From positions 1-61,474 of IMG/VR virus record IMGVR_UViG_3300050132_000042: 61,474 nucleotides of DNA. The stretch is one strand, 5' to 3'. This document shows positions 55,730-61,474 of the stretch, one piece after another. Origin of the DNA: a virus (Duplodnaviria > Caudoviricetes). The notes beneath the pieces are model-generated. The model was not told the origin of the DNA. It ran no database searches and saw only the letters and a program-made list of their open reading frames with translations. A program made the position numbers and the translations under genes. Numbering within the stretch: position 1 is the stretch's first letter; the number at the start of each line of letters is the position of its first letter.

Positions 55730-56131
55730 CTACGTCAACGAGATCTTGGGGGTGATGGTGAGCGAGTCGCCGTTGTTGAACACCTGCCCGCCTGGGTAGA
55801 TCTGCTCAGCCCAGTAGAGCGTGCCGCTGCTCGCACCGACCAGGAAGTAGCCATACACAGTGCCAGTGTTGGTCCAGTTGATGACCTGCCCCGCGCTGTA
55901 CTGAATGTACGACGGCGTGCCGACGACTGGGTTGCTCCAGCCCGCACGAGGCAGAGCGATGGCCGCATAGCCAAGCCCCGCGCCGACTTCGGTATAGTTT
56001 GATGCAGTGTCGCCCGCTACGGGCGCGTGCGCATTGCTGTAGAGTTTCAGGATGAGCGCCTCTGGGCTTGCGGCCTGAAGTGCGTTCGCCAACATCTGAG
56101 CTTCGCCAACTGACAGACAAAGCAGGCTCAT
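55730..56131 (-). CDS. Virion-associated fibre-base protein
   Basis: LKLYSN...D....TE...GYA...VYGY.L...L.WAE...GD.L.ITP. Confidence 0.65.
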   Translation of the reverse strand: MSLLCLSVGEAQMLANALQAASPEALILKLYSNAHAPVAGDTASNYTEVGAGLGYAAIALPRAGWSNPVVGTPSYIQYSAGQVINWTNTGTVYGYFLVGASSGTLYWAEQIYPGGQVFNNGDSLTITPKISLT

Positions 56132-56943
56132 GATTGCTCCTCATTGGGGTTGGTTTCTTCAGTGTCGTAGCCTGGAATGATGGACTCACCTACGCATCCG
56201 CAATTGATGTCCTCGCCTGGAAGCACTGGGCCTTCGCCATCATCGAAGTCGTGCCCTATCGCGATGTCGTACTCTTGCCCATCGAACTCCTGATGCTCGA
56301 TGCGCGGCTGTAGACTCGCGCCCGAGTGCAGCCAACGCCCGGTCGTGATGCCCAGTTCAAGCTGGCGAAGCTGATGGATCGCAGCGGTCGCCTTGTTGTT
56401 CTGGTCACGCGCGATGAGTGACGCCCGCCTGCGCGTGACGCCATACTCATGATGCAGGTGCTCGGTAAGCTCGCCGATGGCACGGCCTGCACGCACACTC
56501 TCGAAGACCTTGGTGTGGATAGCGCCGAAGAACTCTTGCGGGATGCTCTTGATCAGGTTGACGTTGTCGCGCGTGATGTTGATCATCTTCATCTGGATCT
56601 TCGGCGTGATCTTGAACGGCACACTGAAGCCGCCCTTGCTGAGCGAGGCACTGAACGCGAGATCGTGATGGCGCAGCACGTTGTTCGTGAATGACTCGCT
56701 GATCGTGCCTTGCATGTGATCGAAGTTCTTCGTCCAGCGCTTGCGCAGTGAACGCAGCGTGGACTGGATAGTGCGGTCCATCGCCATGCGACTGCGATAC
56801 GCAGGAACGATCTGCGCATCGCAGTCGTCACACATCTCGTTGATCATGTTGAGCAGCGCACGCCGATACGCAGCCGTCACGCCCGCGTTGGGGAACGTGG
56901 CGGCAATGCGTATGGGCTCGCGGCCCGGTGCGCGAAGTTTCAC
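56128..56943 (-). CDS. MuF / SPP1 gp7-like minor head protein
   Basis: NV.LIKSIP...RA.LIARDQNNK...W.HS...PR..H...PG..INCGC. Confidence 0.9.
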   Translation of the reverse strand: MKLRAPGREPIRIAATFPNAGVTAAYRRALLNMINEMCDDCDAQIVPAYRSRMAMDRTIQSTLRSLRKRWTKNFDHMQGTISESFTNNVLRHHDLAFSASLSKGGFSVPFKITPKIQMKMINITRDNVNLIKSIPQEFFGAIHTKVFESVRAGRAIGELTEHLHHEYGVTRRRASLIARDQNNKATAAIHQLRQLELGITTGRWLHSGASLQPRIEHQEFDGQEYDIAIGHDFDDGEGPVLPGEDINCGCVGESIIPGYDTEETNPNEEQS

Positions 56944-57143
56944 TTCCTGGCTCCCTTGATTGCTATGACGATATCGATGATGATCACGACGGCTGCGAGG
57001 AACCAGAAGATCATCGCGGTCAGTTCCGCGCCCAGCCCGCCATCACCCTCATGCGTTGCGGCAGTGAAAAAATACCAACTCGCATACGCGAAAATGATCG
57101 CGAGAAGCGTGCAGAAGGTGATGGTGAGATAGTGAGCAGTCAT
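56940..57143 (-). CDS. Small two-TM protein
   Basis: Coupled start and stop; two hydrophobic segments. Confidence 0.55.
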   Translation of the reverse strand: MTAHYLTITFCTLLAIIFAYASWYFFTAATHEGDGGLGAELTAMIFWFLAAVVIIIDIVIAIKGARK

Positions 57144-57346
57144 CGCACGTAATGCCCATGGCCGATACGATAGCCGGTGCCCAGGTCGAAGATCCCGAAC
57201 ACGTTGAGCAGCCAGAAAATGATGGCCACGATCACGATGATGTTGATGATGCGCTTGATCGGTTCGGCCATCGGGATGTACGTGTTCACGAGCCAGAGCA
57301 GCAGGCCGATGACTGCGAGAATGACGATCAACTGGATGATGGGCAT
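57140..57346 (-). CDS. Small two-TM membrane protein (Thivi_2564-like)
   Basis: LIVILAVIGLLLWLVNTYIPM..PIKRIINIIV; AGGAGG RBS. Confidence 0.7.
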   Translation of the reverse strand: MPIIQLIVILAVIGLLLWLVNTYIPMAEPIKRIINIIVIVAIIFWLLNVFGIFDLGTGYRIGHGHYVR

Positions 57347-57355
57347 GGTGTCCTC

Positions 57356-57715
57356 CTAATCGGCTGCGGGCGGCGCAGCGACAACCGCGAGCGGCGTCGG
57401 CGCGGAGAAGGTGAACACGACGCTGGCGGCATTGGCATCGGTGACAGCGACGGCCTGCGAGCCGCTCACGCTGGAGCCATCCGCGTTGATTGCGCTGACA
57501 TCCAGAGTGAAGCTGCCATCGACGCCGGTGCTGGCGAGATTGACGACGACGCTGGCCACGGGGCCGACCGGCACTACGGGCACAGTGAGCACGCACAGAG
57601 TCGGATCGCTGACAGTGATCTGCGGAGCAGTCACGGTGGTCGGCTTGCCGTCTGCGTCGAGGAACGTGATGGTGCAGTCTACCTGCTGGGTGTGGGAGAT
57701 GACTTCAGTAGCCAT
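57356..57715 (-). CDS. Ig-like domain protein
   Basis: Beta-rich; ITFLDADGKP...VSDP. Confidence 0.6.
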   Translation of the reverse strand: MATEVISHTQQVDCTITFLDADGKPTTVTAPQITVSDPTLCVLTVPVVPVGPVASVVVNLASTGVDGSFTLDVSAINADGSSVSGSQAVAVTDANAASVVFTFSAPTPLAVVAAPPAAD

Positions 57716-57869
57716 TGGATAGCTCCTTGGGTTTGGCGAATTTGAAATTGACTTCGGTTGCAGGGTGCTCGTGACGGATCTCGTCAACGATGATGCGAAC
57801 TGTGCAAAGCTGATGTTCGGTGCCGTCGTCTTCGATGAACGTGACTTTGATCTTGCCGAGTCGGGCCAT
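57705..57869 (-). CDS. Small hypothetical protein
   Basis: AGAGGA RBS. Confidence 0.5.
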   Translation of the reverse strand: MARLGKIKVTFIEDDGTEHQLCTVRIIVDEIRHEHPATEVNFKFAKPKELSNGY

Positions 57870-57877
57870 GTCATCCT

Positions 57878-59041
57878 CTACGAGAACGTGTTGCCGGAGA
57901 CGGTGCAGGACGAACCTGCCGAATTGGAGACGCCTGCTGCATTGCCGGTGCCGGTGTTGCTGAGCACCTTGACTGTGCCGTTGCGCGTGCTGCGCACAGT
58001 CACCGCAGGCCCCTTGTTGCTGTTGATGCGATTGTTCTGGATGACGACGTTCGCGCTGTTCTGGCTCTCGACGCCGCCCCATGACGACAAGCCGCCGTAG
58101 ATCCCGCCGCTGGTACCGTTGTTGTTGATGTCGTTGTTCTGAATCATGACGCCATTGACGACGCCAGGGCCAGTATCATCGGGGCCGGACTGAATGCCGC
58201 CGCCCAGGTTGCCGGTGATGGTGCATTGTTCGATCAGGACATTGGAGACAGACTGCGTCGACTGGTCAGGCTCGATGTCAATGCCGCAGGCGGGGCTGGT
58301 GCCGTTGGTATTGATGAAGCTCGATGCGAAGACATGCAGCCCGTTCACGCTGTCGATGGTCATGCCCTGGCGGCGGTTGCCGTTGGATATGACGCCCGTG
58401 ACGACGAACGTATGGGCAGGAGCGCCGGGGCCGATGTAGATGCCATCGCCACAGCACCCGCTGATGGTCAGGCCGGTCGTCTTGCCGTCACCCGTGCCTT
58501 CGATGGAGCAGTTCGTGCAGGCGTCGGCGCCGATGCCCATGCCCCACTCGGACGGGCTGGACTTGCTCGCGCGGTCGCCGACGACGCTGCCGCCGCCCGT
58601 GACGTGCGCGTTCGTGACGCCTGCGGGGAAGTAGACTGTGTAGTAGGTCTGCAAGCTGCTGGGCGTGGTGACGGTGCCGAGCGTCGCGCCCGAGTCGATC
58701 TGCAAGGTCACGTTGCTGGCCAGGATGAGACCGTACTCACCATGGAACGTGGGGTTGATCAGGTATGGCTTGCTGGCTGCGGGCACGCGCACGATGTACG
58801 GAGCAGTGCTGGTCGCTTTCATCGCTGCGGTGTTGATGAGTGACTGGATCTGACTAGTGGCGTCGCTTCCTGCGAGCGTGACATCGACGACCAGCGTGGT
58901 CGAAGATGTCGGCGGCGGGGGAGTGACGACGGGAGGAGGCACTGGCGCGGCGATGAACGCCGCGAAATCAGTGTTCAGGGTATTGAGCGCAGTCTGAACG
59001 GCTGCGATGTCTGCTTGGATTTGTGTGGCTGTGATAGCCAT
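57878..59041 (-). CDS. Right-handed beta-helix (pectin-lyase-like) protein
   Basis: EWGMGI...GDGIYI...NRRQG...GIDIEP; Asn/Gly ladder; N-terminal helix and Pro linker. Confidence 0.8.
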   Translation of the reverse strand: MAITATQIQADIAAVQTALNTLNTDFAAFIAAPVPPPVVTPPPPTSSTTLVVDVTLAGSDATSQIQSLINTAAMKATSTAPYIVRVPAASKPYLINPTFHGEYGLILASNVTLQIDSGATLGTVTTPSSLQTYYTVYFPAGVTNAHVTGGGSVVGDRASKSSPSEWGMGIGADACTNCSIEGTGDGKTTGLTISGCCGDGIYIGPGAPAHTFVVTGVISNGNRRQGMTIDSVNGLHVFASSFINTNGTSPACGIDIEPDQSTQSVSNVLIEQCTITGNLGGGIQSGPDDTGPGVVNGVMIQNNDINNNGTSGGIYGGLSSWGGVESQNSANVVIQNNRINSNKGPAVTVRSTRNGTVKVLSNTGTGNAAGVSNSAGSSCTVSGNTFS

Positions 59042-59055
59042 GATGTACTCCACGA

Positions 59056-60693
59056 TTACGAGTTGAACTCCGCGTTAGTGGCTTGCGCATTCTCTGCCTT
59101 CATCGAGTTGCCGCCCGCTGCACCGCCCTTCTGCTGCGCTGCACTGGGATCAAGCAATTCGCCTTCGGGCTTGTCGACATCGAGATTGCCCCACCCGCTG
59201 TCGGGGTCGGCGGCGATCTTCTCTCGCACTTCGGTATTGGTGACGACGCCATTCGCGATGAAGATCTGCGCTTCTTCGGCGTTCGACTTGCGGATCAGCG
59301 CATGCTCCTTCTCGGTCATGCTCATCAGGCTCACGAAGTCAAATGCGATGTCTTCGTAGATCTCACCGAACTTGCTCAACTGGATCACGCGAATGATCTT
59401 CTCCAGGTTCACGCGGAACAGCCGTTCCTGCTGGTCGTTGACGTAGTCATAGAAGATGCGTAGACCTTGCTCATCGCTCGCGTTCAGGCCGCTGGGCGTG
59501 ATGCCGAGCAGGATGACGAGTGGCGTCTTCGCGACTGCGGCCATGTGCTCCTGTGCCTGCGCCTGGAGCTTGTCGAGGCCACTCAGCGAAGTCTCGTGCT
59601 TCTCGAACTCCTCGGTCTCCTTGTCGAGCAGCAGAATGCCCTGATTGTCGCGCAGCGCGTTGTACATCTGCGCACGAGCAAGGAACGCATCATTGTTCTG
59701 GCCTTGCAGCACGCCCTCCATGTTGGTCTTCAGGACTGATGCGCTGAAGTTCTTCAGCAGTCGACCCACGCTGTCGCGCGTGTTCAGCCAGTAATTCACG
59801 TACGGCTCGGCAAGCTGGCTGAGCGAGATGCCGCTGAAGTTGAACACGGGCTTGAGCAGATCGGGCAGCGGGCGAGATACGAACGTGAGCAGGCGCGATG
59901 CACTGACTTCCTGGCCATACACCCACCAGGAACTCGGCACATAGTAGTCCTGCTTGAGCGGCCACGACGAGTTGTACACAGCAGGGTAGGTCGTGATCGG
60001 CTCGATGATCTTCAATGCACGCAGACTGTCCTTGCGCACACTGTACGGATTGAGCAGGATCGGGTAGCCCAGTTCCTTGCCGTCTGTCTGGCCGAAGTCC
60101 ATGAAGATCTGACAGCGACCGAAGAAGCCATCCTTCTCTGCGGCTTCGAGGAACTTCTCGCGCACGCCCAGGCGCTTCATCTCGGCCTTGATGATCGCGA
60201 TCTGCTTGTCGCGCTTCTTGCTGCCGCCCTCAGTGCGGAACTCGATCCACTTGCGGCACATCTCTGCGGCCACACGGCAGGACATATCGCGGTATTCGGT
60301 GATCTCGGTCAACTCGGTGAGATACGGGAAGCCGGGGAACCCCATGCCGGTGAAGAACGCAGGCCCGCCGCCTTCGCTGGTGAACGCGCCACTGAACATC
60401 GAGTCCTTGGCAATCGTTTTCGACACATGCAGATCTTGGCAGATGAGATTCTTGACGGGCGGCACATATGGCGTGCGCTTGTACTCGGGCACGGGCATGA
60501 TGCCCGCAACCGACTTGCCGGTGCCGATGGCTTCGGCCATGCGCTCGACGAGGATGGGGCTGATCTCCATCATCTTCTTGAATTTCTTCTGCGCCTGCAC
60601 GTTGTCGACGATGCGCTCATGACGCAAGCGCTCGCAGTCGCGCTCGGCTTTGCGGACTGCCCACTTGTGCTCTGCCCAGGTGATGATGCTCAT
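59056..60693 (-). CDS. Portal protein (DUF1073-like)
   Basis: FPGFPYL.EL...SRLL.F..RP.PD.LKP.FNF.G.SL.QL...LSGLD.LQAQ.QE...LLGITP.GLNAS. Confidence 0.9.
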   Translation of the reverse strand: MSIITWAEHKWAVRKAERDCERLRHERIVDNVQAQKKFKKMMEISPILVERMAEAIGTGKSVAGIMPVPEYKRTPYVPPVKNLICQDLHVSKTIAKDSMFSGAFTSEGGGPAFFTGMGFPGFPYLTELTEITEYRDMSCRVAAEMCRKWIEFRTEGGSKKRDKQIAIIKAEMKRLGVREKFLEAAEKDGFFGRCQIFMDFGQTDGKELGYPILLNPYSVRKDSLRALKIIEPITTYPAVYNSSWPLKQDYYVPSSWWVYGQEVSASRLLTFVSRPLPDLLKPVFNFSGISLSQLAEPYVNYWLNTRDSVGRLLKNFSASVLKTNMEGVLQGQNNDAFLARAQMYNALRDNQGILLLDKETEEFEKHETSLSGLDKLQAQAQEHMAAVAKTPLVILLGITPSGLNASDEQGLRIFYDYVNDQQERLFRVNLEKIIRVIQLSKFGEIYEDIAFDFVSLMSMTEKEHALIRKSNAEEAQIFIANGVVTNTEVREKIAADPDSGWGNLDVDKPEGELLDPSAAQQKGGAAGGNSMKAENAQATNAEFNS

Positions 60694-61474
60694 CGTCTCA
60701 CTCCTGCTGCGGTCAGAATGCTATTGGCGATCTGCATCGGCTTGCGCCCGGTCGTCGCTTCTTCAAGCGCGCCAATGAACGCATCGACATCGTCGTCGTT
60801 CTTGATGTTCGGGAAGTCGGCACAGTGATCGACGAACTTCGATACCCACGGGCAGCCCTCGAAGAAGTAGACCAGCCCGCTCTCGACGTTGGGTGACACC
60901 GCCTCGGCCCGCAGCGTCTTGTCGGTCGTGGTCACTGTCTCGAACAGCGGCACCAGCGTCGTGCGCTTCATGGCCTGCACAGTGGCCTTGCCGCTCGCGC
61001 TGCCGCCGCCCTCGATGCAGACCTTGGTGGGATGCCAGTCATCGAAGCGAAGCTCGACGGTGCGGCTCACATCGGGGAACTGGAGCTTGTCCTGCCATAC
61101 GTCGAGCACGTAATAGCGGCTGCCTGCGATGCCGAGCGTGCAGCATGCGGTATAGTCGTTCTGCTTCTTCTCGCCGAGCGCGGTGTCCCAGCGCTGGATG
61201 ATGCGCCGAATGCCAATCTCCTTGAAGTAGGCTGCGCGCTCGTCGTTCTGCATCTCGTGGATGGGGCGAGGCGGCTTCAGGAACTTCCACCACTCACGCT
61301 TGAAGATGCCGCCTTCGAGTGCGGTTGGGCGCTGCTGGTAGAGTGACGCCCACACACGCGAGCCGACGCCTGGATCGTCGCTCGTGCCGAGTTTGATCTT
61401 CATGAGCAGATCGAGCGGGTATCGCTCGGGGTGCAGCGCGTCGCCTTCACTGCGCAGCAGTTCGCCGGTCTCGT
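60690..61474 (-). CDS. terL: Terminase large subunit, C-terminal nuclease part (5' end off window)
   Basis: ALHPERYP...WASLYQQRP...GGIFKREW...WDTA...NDY...FPN..NDDDVDA. Confidence 0.9.
   Translation of the reverse strand, partial: ETGELLRSEGDALHPERYPLDLLMKIKLGTSDDPGVGSRVWASLYQQRPTALEGGIFKREWWKFLKPPRPIHEMQNDERAAYFKEIGIRRIIQRWDTALGEKKQNDYTACCTLGIAGSRYYVLDVWQDKLQFPDVSRTVELRFDDWHPTKVCIEGGGSASGKATVQAMKRTTLVPLFETVTTTDKTLRAEAVSPNVESGLVYFFEGCPWVSKFVDHCADFPNIKNDDDVDAFIGALEEATTGRKPMQIANSILTAAGVRR

Noticed and set aside
59056-60693. Anti-CBASS Acb1 label sometimes attached to DUF1073 proteins
   Set aside because: Position and motifs indicate a portal; no fused HxT phosphoesterase domain is visible.

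Overview
The window is an almost complete, circularly permuted ~61.5-kb genome of a contractile-tailed (myovirus-type) dsDNA phage. It opens and closes inside the terminase large-subunit gene, so the middle of that gene, including most of an Ala-start intein, is missing. The + strand (3.2-27.3 kb) carries early and replication genes: primase-helicase, DEDD exonuclease, DUF932, HNH, YqaJ, a probable SSB, family-A polymerase, PD-(D/E)XK nuclease, VRR-NUC, SNF2 helicase and a GT2-TPR protein. The - strand (27.4-61.5 kb plus 0-2.6 kb) carries lysis, baseplate, tail, head and packaging genes in a Bcep781/PB1-like layout. An iteron-rich AT-rich origin candidate separates the divergent arms. No integrase, tRNA, reverse transcriptase or CRISPR array was seen. 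The most striking features are: (1) a DUF2213 prohead protease fused to a complete topoisomerase IB through a GDLPGHDFHGNQW linker, in a head module rich in putative x-x-D cleavage sites, suggesting capsid-loaded enzyme cargo; (2) a ~650-nt nested, multibranch structured RNA candidate right after an early promoter; (3) five small genes delimited by a repeated CCTGTCCA motif, resembling a cassette array; (4) a second gene in which the sheath N-terminus is fused to an adhesin-like domain; (5) a circularly permuted baseplate protein and an unusual lysis module. All family assignments come from motif recognition by eye, not from database searches.
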